Part shown: one piece after another, positions 26,041-38,458 of the stretch | Layout: each line of letters begins with the position of its first letter | Position numbering within the stretch: position 1 is the first letter of the stretch | The notes under the pieces: model-generated | Seen by the model: only the letters and a program-made list of their open reading frames with translations | The model's database searches: none | What the model was told of the DNA's origin: nothing | Program-made: the position numbers and the translations under genes | NCBI RefSeq assembly: GCF_009914755.1 | Contig: NC_060928.1 | DNA: 64,000 bases | Source of the DNA: the human T2T-CHM13v2.0 reference genome, Homo sapiens | Reading direction: 5' to 3' (one strand)

Positions 26041-28423
26041 CATTCTCAGAAACTTCTTTGTGCTGCATGTCCTCAATTCACAGAGCTGAACCTTTGTTTG
26101 GATACAGCATTTTGGAAACATTCCTTTAGTAGAATCTGCAAGTTGATATTTAGATAGCTTTGAAGATTTCGTTGGAAACGGGAATATCTTCATAGAAAAT
26201 CTAGACGGAAGCATTCTCAGAAACTGCTTTGTGATGTTTGCATTCAAGTCACAGATTTGAATATTCCCTTTTATAGAGTAGGTTTGAAACACTCTTTCGG
26301 CACTACCTGGAAGTGGATATTTCGAGCTCTTTGAGGCCTATGGTTAAAAGGAAATATCTTCCCATAAAAACTAGACAGAAGCCGTCTCAGAAACTTGTTT
26401 GTGATGTGTGTATTCAACTAACAGAGTTGAACATTTCTGTTACAGAGCAATTTTAAAACACTCTTTTTGTGGAATCTGAAAGTGGATAATTGGATAGCTT
26501 TGTGGATTTCGTTGGAAACGGGATGACATATAAAATCTAGAGAGAAGCATTCTCAGGAACTTCTTTCTGATGTTTGCATTCAAGTCACAGAATTGAACAT
26601 TCCTTTTCATAGTGCAGGTTTGAAACACTCTTTCTGTAGTATCTGGAAGTGGACATTTCAAGCGCTTTCAGGCCTACGGGGAGAAAGGAAATATCTTCAA
26701 ATAAAAACTAGACAGAAGGATTCTCAGAAACTTATTTGTGATGTGTGTCCTAAACGAACACAGTTGAACCTTTGTTTTGATACAGCATTTTGGAAACACT
26801 CCTTTTGTAGGATCTGCAGGTGGATATTTGGATAGATTTTAAGATTTCGTTGGAAACGGGAGTTTCTTCATAGAAACTCAAGACAGATGCATTCTCAGAA
26901 ACATCTCTGTGATGTTTGCATTCCACTCATAGAGTTGAAAACTTCCTTTCATAGAGCAGGTTTGAAACACTCTTTTTGTAATATTTGGAAGTGGACATTT
27001 GCAGCACTTTGAGGCCTATGGTGAAAAAGGAAATATCTTCTCATAAAAACCAGAAACAAGCATTCTCAGAAACTTCTTTTTGATGTGTGTACTCAAGTAA
27101 CAGAGTTGAACCTTCCTTTTGACACAGCAGTTTTGAAACAATCTTTTTGTAGAATCTGCAAGTGGATATTTGGATAGCTTTGAGGATTTCGTTGCAAACG
27201 GGATATCTTCATATATAACCTAGACAGAAGCATTCTCAGAAACTTCTTTGTGCTGTATGTCCTCAATTAACAGAGTTGAACCATTGCTTGGATACAGCAT
27301 TTTGGAAACATTCTTTTAGTAGAATCTGCAAGTTGATATTTAGATAGATTTGAAGATTTCGTTGGAAACGGGAATATCTTCATAGAAAATCTAGACGGAA
27401 GCATTCTCAGAAACTGCTTTGTGATGTTTCCATTCAAGTCACAGAGTTGAATATTCTCTTTTATAGAGCACGTTTGAAGCACTCTTTCTGCACTATCTGG
27501 AAGTGGACATTTCGAGCGCTTTGAGGCCTATGGTGAAAAAGGAAATATCTTCCCATAAAAACTAGACAGAAGCATTCTCAGAAAATTGTTTGTGATGTGT
27601 GTATTCAACTAACAGACTTGAACTTTTGTTTTTACAGAGCAGTTTTAAAACACTCTTTTTGTGGAATCAGAAAGTGGACATTCGGATGGCTCTGAGGATT
27701 TCGTTGGAAGCGGGATTACATATAAAATCTAGAGAGAAGCATTCTCAGGAACTACTTTGTGATGTTTGCATTGAAGTCACAGAATTGAACATTCACTTTG
27801 ATAGAGCAGGTTTGAAACACTCATTCTGTAGTATCTGGAAGTGGACATTTCAAGCGCTTTCAGGCCTATGGTGAGAAAGGAAATACCTTCAAATAAAAAC
27901 TAGACAGAAGCATCCTCAGAAACTTATTTGTGATGTGTGTCCTCAACTAACGGAGTTGAACCTTTGTTTTGATACAGCATTTTGGAAACACTCCTTTTGT
28001 AGAATCTGCAGGTGGATATTTGGATAGCTTTGAAGATTTCGTTGGAAACCGGAATATCTTCATATACAATCAAGACAGAAGCATTCTCGGAAACATCTCT
28101 GTGATGTTTGCATTCATCTCAGTAGAGTTGAACACTTCCTTTCATAGAGCAGGTTTGAAACACTCTTTCTGCACTACCTGGAAGCGGACATTTCGGGCGT
28201 TTTGAGGCCTATGGTGAAAAAGGAAATATCTTCTCATAAAAACCAGAAAGAAGCATTCTCAGAAACTTCTTTGTGTTGTGTGTACTCAAGTAACAGTGTT
28301 GAACCTTCCTTTTGACAGAGCAGTTTTGAAACACTCTTTTGGTAGAATCTGCAAGTGGATATTTGGAGCGCTTTGAGGATTTCGTTGGAAACGGGTTATC
28401 TTCATATAAAATCCAGACAGGAG
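26041..28423 (+). repeat. 14-mer variant HOR (2,383 bp); divergent haplotype from ~27,190 onward
   Basis: m1 at 26041 and 28424. Order is m1-m11, an m12/m17-like monomer (27911), m18, m19, so five monomers (849 bp) are missing. Confidence 0.93.
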
Positions 28424-31400
28424 CATTCTCAGAAACTTCTTTGTGCTGTATGTCCTCAATTCACAGAGCTGAACCTTTGTTTGGATACAGCATTTTGGAG
28501 ACATTCCTTTAGTAGAATCTGCAAGTTGATATTTAGATAGCTTTGAAGATTTCGTTGGAAACGGGAATAACTTCATAGAAAATCTAGACGGAAGCATTCT
28601 CATAAACTGCTTTGTGATGTTTGCATTCAAGTCACAGAGTTGAATATTCCCTTTTATAGAGTAGGTTTGAAACACTCTTTCGGCACTACCTGGAAGTGGA
28701 TATTTCGAGCTCTTTGAGGCCTATGGTTAAAAGGAAATATCTTCCCATAAAAACTAGACAGAAGCCGTCTCAGAAACTTGTTTGTGATGTGTGTACTCAA
28801 CTAACAGAGCTGAACATTTCTGTTACAGAGCAGTTTTAAAACACTCTTTTTGTGGAATCTGAAAGTGGATAATTGGATAGCTTTGTGGATTTCGTTGGAA
28901 ACGGGATGACGTATAAAATCTAGAGAGAAGCATTCTCAGGAACTTCTTTCTGATGTTTGCATTCAAGTCACAGAATTGAACATTCCTTTTCATAGTGCAG
29001 GTTTGAAACACTCTTTCTGTAGTATCTGGAAGTGGACATTTCAAGCGCTTTCAGGCCTACGGGGAGAAAGGAAATATCTTCAAATAAAAACTAGACAGAA
29101 GGATTCTCAGAAACTTATTTGTGATGTGTGTCCTAAACGAACACAGTTGAACCTTTGTTTTGATACAGCATTTTGGAAACACTCCTTTTGTAGGATCTGC
29201 AGGTGGATATTTGGATAGATTTTAAGATTTCGTTGGAAACGGGAGTTTCTTCATAGAAACTCAAGACAGATGCATTCTCAGAAACATCTCTGTGATGTTT
29301 GCATTCCACTCATAGAGTTGAAAACTTCCTTTCATAGAGCAGGTTTGAAACACTCTTTTTGTAATATTTGGAAGTGGACATTTGCAGCACTTTGAGGCCT
29401 ATGGTGAAAAAGGAAATATCTTCTCATAAAAACCAGAAACAAGCATTCTCAGAAACTTCTTTTTGATGTGTGTACTCAAGTAACAGAGTTGAACCTTCCT
29501 TTTGACACAGCAGTTTTGAAACAATCTTTTTGTAGAATCTGCAAGTGGATATTTGGATAGCTTTGAGGATTTCGTTGGAAACGGGATATCTTCATATAAA
29601 ATCTAGACAGAAGCATTCTCAGAAACTTCTTTGTGCTGTATGCCCTCAATTAACAGAGTTGAACCATTGGATACAGCATTTTGGAAACATTCCTTGAGTA
29701 GAATCTGCAAGTTGATATTTAGATAGATTTGAAGATTTCATTGGAAAAGGGAATATCTCCATATAAAATCTAGAGGGAAGCATTCTCAGAAACTGCTTTG
29801 TGATGTTTCCATTCAAGTCACAGAGTTGAATATTCCCTTTTATAGAGCACGTTTGAAACACTCTTTCTGCACTATCTGGAAGTGGACATTTCGAGCGCTT
29901 TGAGGCCTATGGTGAAAAAGGAAATATCTTCCCATAAAAACTAGACAGAAGCATTCTCAGAAACTTGTTTGTGATGTGTGTATTCAACTAACAGAGTTGA
30001 ACTTTTGTTTTTACAGAGCCGTTTTAAAACACTCTTTTTGTGGAATCAGAAAGTGGATATTCGGATGGCTCTGAGGATTTCGTTGGAATCGGGATTACAT
30101 ATAAAATCTAGAGAGAAGCATTCTCAGGAACTTCTTTGTGATGTTTGCATTGAAGTCACAGAATTGAACATTCACTTTGATAGAGCAGGTTTGAAACACT
30201 CATTCTGTAGTATCTGGAAGTGGACATTTCAAGCGCTTTCAGGCCTATGGTGAGAAAGGAAATATCTTCGAATAAAAACTAGACAGAAGCATCCTCAGAA
30301 ACTTATTTGTGATGTGTGTCCTCAACTAACAGAGTTGAAACTTTGTTTTGATACAGCATTTTGGAAACACTCTTTTTGTAGAATCTGCAGGTGGATATTT
30401 GGATAGCTTAGAGGGATTCGTTGGAAAGGGGATATCTTCATATAAAATCTAGACAGAAGCATTCTCAGAAACTTATTTGTGATGTGTGTCCTCAACTAAC
30501 AGAGTTGAACCTTGGTTTTGATACAGCATTTTGGAAACACTCCTTTTGTAGAATCTGCAGGTGGATATGTGGATAGCTCTGAAGATTTCGTTGGAAACGG
30601 GAATTTCTTCATATAAAATCAAACAGAAGCATTCTCAGAAACTTCTCAGTGATGTTTGCATTCAGCTCATGGAGTTGAACACTTCCTTTCATAGAACCGG
30701 TTTGAAACACTCTTTCTGCACTACCTGGAAGAGGACATTTCGAGCGCTTTGAGTCCTATGGTGAAAAAGGAAATATCTTCTCATAAAAACCAGAAAGAAG
30801 CATTCTCAGAAACTTCTTTGTGTTGTGTGTACTCATGTAACAGTGTTGAACCATCCTTTTGACAGAGCAGTTTTGAAACACTCTTTTTGTAGAATCTGCA
30901 ACTGGATATTTGGATAGCTTTGAGGATTTCGTTGGAAACGGGATGACATATAATATCTAGAGAGAAGCATTCTCAGGAACTTCTTTGTGATGTTTGCATT
31001 CAAGTCACAGAATTGAACATTCCCTTTCATAGAGCAGGTTTGAAACACTCTTTCTCTAGTATCTGGAAGTGGGCATTTCAAGCGCTTTCAGGCCTATGGA
31101 GAGAAAGGAAATACCTTCAAATAAAAACTAGACAGAAGCATTCTCAGAAACTTATTTGTGATGTGTGTCCTCAACTAACAGAGTTGAACTTTTGTTTTGA
31201 TACAGCATTTTGGAAACACTCCTTTTGTAGGATCTGCAGGTGGATATTTGGATAGATTTTAAGATTTCGTTGGAAACGGGAGTTTCTTCATAGAAACTCA
31301 AGACAGATGCATTCTCAGAAACATCTCTGTGATGTTTGCATTCCACTCATAGATTTGAAAACTTCCTTTCATAGAGCAGGTTTGAAACACTCTTTTTGTA

Positions 31401-33692
31401 ATATTTGGAAGTGGACATTTGCAGCGCTTTGAGGCCTATGGTGAAAAAGGAAATATCTTCTCATAAAAACCAGAAACAAGCATTCTCAGAAACTTCTTTT
31501 TGATGTGTGTACTCAAGTAACAGAGTTGAACCTTCCTTTTGACACAGCAGTTTTGAAACAATCTTTTTGTAGAATCTGCAAGTGGATATTTGGATAGCTT
31601 TGAGGATTTCGTTGGAAACGGGATATCTTCATATAAAATCTAGACAGAAGCATTCTCAGAAACTTCTTTGTGCTGTATGTCCTCAATTAACAGAGTTGAA
31701 CCATTGCTTGGATACAGCATTTTGGAAACATTCCTTGAGTAGAATCTGCAAGTTGATATTTAGATAGATTTGAAGATTTCGTTGGAAAAGTGAATATCTC
31801 CATATAAAATCTAGAGGGAAGCATTCTCAGAAACTGCTTTGTGATGTTTCCATTCAAGTCACAGAGTTTAATATTCCCTTTTATAGAGCACGTTTGAAAC
31901 ACTCTTTCTGCACTATCTGGAAGTGGACATTTCGAGCGCTTTGAGGCCTATGGTGAAAAAGGAAATATCTTCCCATAAAAACTAGACAGAAGCATTCTCA
32001 GAAACTTGTTTGTGATGTGTGTATTCAACTAACAGAGTTGAACTTTTGTTTTTACAGAGCCGTTTTAAAACACTCTTTTTGTGGAATCAGAAAGTGGATA
32101 TTCGGATGGCTCTGAGGATTTCGTTGGAAGCGGGATTACATATAAAATCTAGAGAGAAGCATTCTCAGGAACTTCTTTGTGATGTTTGCATTGAAGTCAC
32201 AGAATTGAACATTCACTTTGATAGAGCAGGTTTGAAACACTCATTCTGTAGTATCTGGAACTGGACATTTCAAGCGCTTTCAGGCCTATGGTGAGAAAGG
32301 AAATATCTTCGAATAAAAACTAGACAGAAGCATCCTCAGAAACTTATTTGTGATGTGTGTCCTCAACTAACAGAGTTGAAACTTTGTTTTGATACAGCAT
32401 TTTGGAAACACTCTTTTTGTAGAATCTGCAGGTGGATATTTGGATAGCTTAGAGGGATTCGTTGGAAAGGGGATATCTTCATATAAAATCTAGACAGAAG
32501 CATTCTCAGAAACTTATTTGTGATGTGTGTCCTCAACTAACAGAGTTGAACCTTGGTTTTGATACAGCATTTTGGAAACACTCCTTTTGTAGAATCTGCA
32601 GGTGGATATGTGGATAGCTCTGAAGATTTCGTTGGAAACGGGAATTTCTTCATATAAAATCAAACAGAAGCATTCTCAGAAACTTCTCAGTGATGTTTGC
32701 ATTCAGCTCATGGAGTTGAACACTTCCTTTCATAGAGCCGGTTTGAAACACTCTTTCTGCACTACCTGGAAGAGGACATTTCGAGCGCTTTGAGTCCTAT
32801 GGTGAAAAAGGAAATATCTTCTCATAAAAACCAGAAAGAAGCATTCTCAGAAACTACTTTGTGTTGTGTGTACTCATGTAACAGTGTTGAACCATCCTTT
32901 TGACAGAGCAGTTTTGAAACACTCTTTTTGTAGAATCTGCAAGTGGATATTTGGATAGCTTTGAGGATTTCGTTGGAAACGGGATGACATATAATATCTA
33001 GAGAGAAGCATACTCAGGAACTTCTTTGTGATGTTTGCATTCAAGTCACAGAATTGAACATTCCCTTTCATAGAGCAGGTTTGAAACACTCTTTCTCTAG
33101 TATCTGGAAGTGGGCATTTCAAGCGCTTTCAGGCCTATGGAGAGAAAGGAAATACCTTCAAATAAAAACTAGACAGAAGCATTCTCAGAAACTTATTTGT
33201 GATGTGTGTCCTCAACTAACAGAGTTGAACCTTTGTTTTGATACAGCATTTTGGAAACACTCCTTTTGTAGAATCTGCAGGTGGATATTTGGATAACTTT
33301 GAAGATTTCGTTGGAAACCGGAATATCTTCATATAAAATCAAGACAGAAGCATTCTCGGAAACATCTCTGTGATGTTTGCATTCAACTCAGTAGAGTTGA
33401 ACACTTCCTTTCATAGAGCCGGTTTGAAACACTCTTTCTGCACTACCTGGAAGCGGACATTTCGAGCGCTTTGAGGCCTATGGTGAAAAAGGAAATATCT
33501 TCTCATAAAAACCAGAAAGAAGCATTCTCAGAAACTTCTTTGTGTTGTGTGTACTCAAGTAACAGTGTTGAACCTTCCTTTTGACACAGCAGTTTTGAAA
33601 CACTCTTTTGGTAGAATCTGCAAGTGGATATTTGGATAGCTTTGAGGATTTCGTTGGAAACGGGTTATCTTCATATAAAATCCAGACAGGAG
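28424..33692 (+). repeat. 31-mer variant HOR (5,269 bp); m1-m3 from the divergent haplotype
   Basis: m1 at 28424 and 33693. ORFs at 29978 and 32019 (+2041). Confidence 0.93.
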
Positions 33693-36600
33693 CATTCTCA
33701 GAAACTTCTTTGTGCTGCATGTCCTCAATTCACAGAGCTGAACCTTTGTTTGGATACAGCATTTTGGAAACATTCCTTTAGTAGAATCTGCAAGTTGATA
33801 TTTAGATAGCTTTGAAGATTTCGTTGGAAACGGGAATATCTTCATAGAAAATCTAGACGGAAGCATTCTCAGAAACTGCTTTGTGATGTTTGCATTCAAG
33901 TCACAGATTTGAATATTCCCTTTTATAGAGTAGGTTTGAAACACTCTTTCGGCACTACCTGGAAGTGGATATTTCGAGCTCTTTGAGGCCTATGGTTAAA
34001 AGGAAATATCTTCCCATAAAAACTAGACAGAAGCCGTCTCAGAAACTTGTTTGTGATGTGTGTATTCAACTAACAGAGTTGAACATTTCTGTTACAGAGC
34101 AATTTTAAAACACTCTTTTTGTGGAATCTGAAAGTGGATAATTGGATAGCTTTGTGGATTTCGTTGGAAACGGGATGACATATAAAATCTAGAGAGAAGC
34201 ATTCTCAGGAACTTCTTTCTGATGTTTGCATTCAAGTCACAGAATTGAACATTCCTTTTCATAGTGCAGGTTTGAAACACTCTTTCTGTAGTATCTGGAA
34301 GTGGACATTTCAAGCGCTTTCAGGCCTACGGGGAGAAAGGAAATATCTTCAAATAAAAACTAGACAGAAGGATTCTCAGAAACTTATTTGTGATGTGTGT
34401 CCTAAACGAACACAGTTGAACCTTTGTTTTGATACAGCATTTTGGAAACACTCCTTTTGTAGGATCTGCAGGTGGATATTTGGATAGATTTTAAGATTTC
34501 GTTGGAAACGGGAGTTTCTTCATAGAAACTCAAGACAGATGCATTCTCAGAAACATCTCTGTGATGTTTGCATTCCACTCATAGAGTTGAAAACTTCCTT
34601 TCATAGAGCAGGTTTGAAACACTCTTTTTGTAATATTTGGAAGTGGACATTTGCAGCACTTTGAGGCCTATGGTGAAAAAGGAAATATCTTCTCATAAAA
34701 ACCAGAAACAAGCATTCTCAGAAACTTCTTTTTGATGTGTGTACTCAAGTAACAGAGTTGAACCTTCCTTTTGACACAGCAGTTTTGAAACAATCTTTTT
34801 GTAGAATCTGCAAGTGGATATTTGGATAGCTTTGAGGATTTCGTTGCAAACGGGATATCTTCATATATAACCTAGACAGAAGCATTCTCAGAAACTTCTT
34901 TGTGCTGTATGTCCTCAATTAACAGAGTTGAACCATTGCTTGGATACAGCATTTTGGAAACATTCTTTTAGTAGAATCTGCAAGTTGATATTTAGATAGA
35001 TTTGAAGATTTCGTTGGAAACGGGAATATCTTCATAGAAAATCTAGACGGAAGCATTCTCAGAAACTGCTTTGTGATGTTTCCATTCAAGTCACAGAGTT
35101 GAATATTCTCTTTTATAGAGCACGTTTGAAGCACTCTTTCTGCACTATCTGGAAGTGGACATTTCGAGCGCTTTGAGGCCTATGGTGAAAAAGGAAATAT
35201 CTTCCCATAAAAACTAGACAGAAGCATTCTCAGAAAATTGTTTGTGATGTGTGTATTCAACTAACAGACTTGAACTTTTGTTTTTACAGAGCAGTTTTAA
35301 AACACTCTTTTTGTGGAATCAGAAAGTGGACATTCGGATGGCTCTGAGGATTTCGTTGGAAGCGGGATTACATATAAAATCTAGAGAGAAGCATTCTCAG
35401 GAACTACTTTGTGATGTTTGCATTGAAGTCACAGAATTGAACATTCACTTTGATAGAGCAGGTTTGAAACACTCATTCTGTAGTATCTGGAAGTGGACAT
35501 TTCAAGCGCTTTCAGGCCTATGGTGAGAAAGGAAATACCTTCAAATAAAAACTAGACAGAAGCATCCTCAGAAACTTATTTGTGATGTGTGTCCTCAACT
35601 AACGGAGTTGAACCTTTGTTTTGATACAGCATTTTGGAAACACTCCTTTTGTAGAATCTGCAGGTGGATATTTGGATAGCTTTGAAGATTTCGTTGGAAA
35701 CCGGAATATCTTCATATACAATCAAGACAGAAGCATTCTCGGAAACATCTCTGTGATGTTTGCATTCATCTCAGTAGAGTTGAACACTTCCTTTCATAGA
35801 GCAGGTTTGAAACACTCTTTCTGCACTACCTGGAAGCGGACATTTCGGGCGTTTTGAGGCCTATGGTGAAAAAGGAAATATCTTCTCATAAAAACCAGAA
35901 AGAAGCATTCTCAGAAACTTCTTTGTGTTGTGTGTACTCAAGTAACAGTGTTGAACCTTCCTTTTGACAGAGCAGTTTTGAAACACTCTTTTGGTAGAAT
36001 CTGCAAGTGGATATTTGGAGCGCTTTGAGGATTTCGTTGGAAACGGGTTATCTTCATATAAAATCCAGACAGGAGCATTCTCAGAAACTTCTTTGTGCTG
36101 TATGTCCTCAATTCACAGAGCTGAACCTTTGTTTGGATACAGCATTTTGGAGACATTCCTTTAGTAGAATCTGCAAGTTGATATTTAGATAGCTTTGAAG
36201 ATTTCGTTGGAAACGGGAATAACTTCATAGAAAATCTAGACGGAAGCATTCTCATAAACTGCTTTGTGATGTTTGCATTCAAGTCACAGAGTTGAATATT
36301 CCCTTTTATAGAGTAGGTTTGAAACACTCTTTCGGCACTACCTGGAAGTGGATATTTCGAGCTCTTTGAGGCCTATGGTTAAAAGGAAATATCTTCCCAT
36401 AAAAACTAGACAGAAGCCGTCTCAGAAACTTGTTTGTGATGTGTGTACTCAACTAACAGAGCTGAACATTTCTGTTACAGAGCAGTTTTAAAACACTCTT
36501 TTTGTGGAATCTGAAAGTGGATAATTGGATAGCTTTGTGGATTTCGTTGGAAACGGGATGACGTATAAAATCTAGAGAGAAGCATTCTCAGGAACTTCTT

Positions 36601-38458
36601 TCTGATGTTTGCATTCAAGTCACAGAATTGAACATTCCTTTTCAAAGTGCAGGTTTGAAACACTCTTTCTGTAGTATCTGGAAGTGGACATTTCAAGCGC
36701 TTTCAGGCCTATGGGGAGAAAGGAAATATCTTCAAATTAAAAACTAGACAGAAGGATTCTCAGAAACTTATTTGTGATGTGTGTCCTAAACGAACACAGT
36801 TGAACCTTTGTTTTGATACAGCATTTTGGAAACACTCCTTTTGTAGAATCTGCAGGTGGATATTTGGATAGATTTTAAGATTTCGTTGGAAACGGGAATT
36901 TCTTCATATAAACTCAAGACAGATGCATTCTCAGAAACTTCTCTGTGATGTTTGCATTCCACTCATAGAGTTGAAAACTTCCTTTCATAGAGCACGCTTG
37001 AAACACTCTTTTTGTAATATTTGGAAGTGGACCTTTGCAGCGCTTTGAGGCCTATGGTGAAAAAGGAAATATCTTCTCATAAAAACCAGAAACAAGCATT
37101 CTCAGAAACTTCTTTTTGATGTGTGTACTCAAGTAACAGAGTTGAACCTTCCTTTTGACACAGCAGTTTTGAAACAATCTTTTTGTAGAATCTCCAAGTG
37201 GATATTTGGATAGCTTTGAGTATTTCGTTGCAAACGGGATATCTTCATATAAAACCTAGACAGAAGCATTCTCAGAAACTTCTTTGTGCTGTATGTCCTC
37301 AATTAACAGAGTTGAACCATTGCTTGGATACAGCATTTTGGAAACATTCCTTTAGTAGAATCTGCAAGTTGATATTTAGATAGATTTGAAGATTTCGTTG
37401 GAAACGGGAATATCTTCATAGAAAATCTAGACGGAAGCATTCTCAGAAACTGCTCTGTGATGTTTCCATTCAAGTCACAGAGTTGAATATTCTCTTTTAT
37501 AGAGCACGTTTGAAACACTCTTTCTGCACTATCTGGAAGTGGACATTTCGAGCGCTTTGAGGCCTATGGTGAAAAAGGAAATATCTTCCCGTAAAAACTA
37601 GACAGAAGCATTCTCAGAAACTTGTTTTTGATGTGTGTATTCAACTAACAGAGTTGAACTTTTGCTTTACAGAGCAGTTTTAAAACACTCTTTTTGTGGA
37701 ATCAGAAAGTGGATATTCGGATGGCTCTGAGGATTTCGTTGGAAGCGGGATTACATATAAAATCTAGAGAGAAGCATTCTCAGGAACTTCTTTGTGATGT
37801 TTGCATTGAAGTCACAGAATTGAACATTCACTTTTATAGAGCAGGTTTGAAACACTCATTCTGTAGTATCTGGAAGTGGACATTTCAAGCGCTTTCAGGC
37901 CTATGGTGAGAAAGGAAATACCTTCAAATAAAAACTAGACAGAAGCATCCTCAGAAACTTATTTGTGATGTGTGTCCTCAACTAACAGAGTTGAACCTTT
38001 GTTTTGATACAGCATTTTGGAAACACTCCTTTTGTAGAATCTGCAGGTGGATATTTGGATAGCTTTGAAGATTTCGTTGGAAACCGGAATATCTTCATAT
38101 ACAATCAAGACAGAAGCATTCTCGGAAACATCTCTGTGATGTTTGCATTCATCCCAGTAGAGTTGAACACTTCCTTTCATAGAGCAGGTTTGAAACACTC
38201 TTTCTGCACTACCTGGAAGCGGACATTTCGGGCGCTTTGAGGCCTATGGTGAAAAAGGAAATATCTTCTCATAAAAACCAGAAAGAAGCATTCTCAGAAA
38301 TTTCTTTGTGTTGTGTGTACTCAAGTAACAGTGTTGAACCTTCCTTTTGACAGAGCAGTTTTGAAACACTCTTTTGGTAGAATCTGCAAGTGGATATTTG
38401 GAGCGCTTTGAGGATTTCGTTGGAAACGGGTTATCTTCATATAAAATCCAGACAGGAG
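33693..38458 (+). repeat. Two 14-mer variant HORs (2,383 bp each); divergent haplotype from ~34,845
   Basis: m1 at 33693, 36076, 38459. The 14-mer-specific ORF 'MIQHFG...' occurs at 35621 and 38004. Confidence 0.93.
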
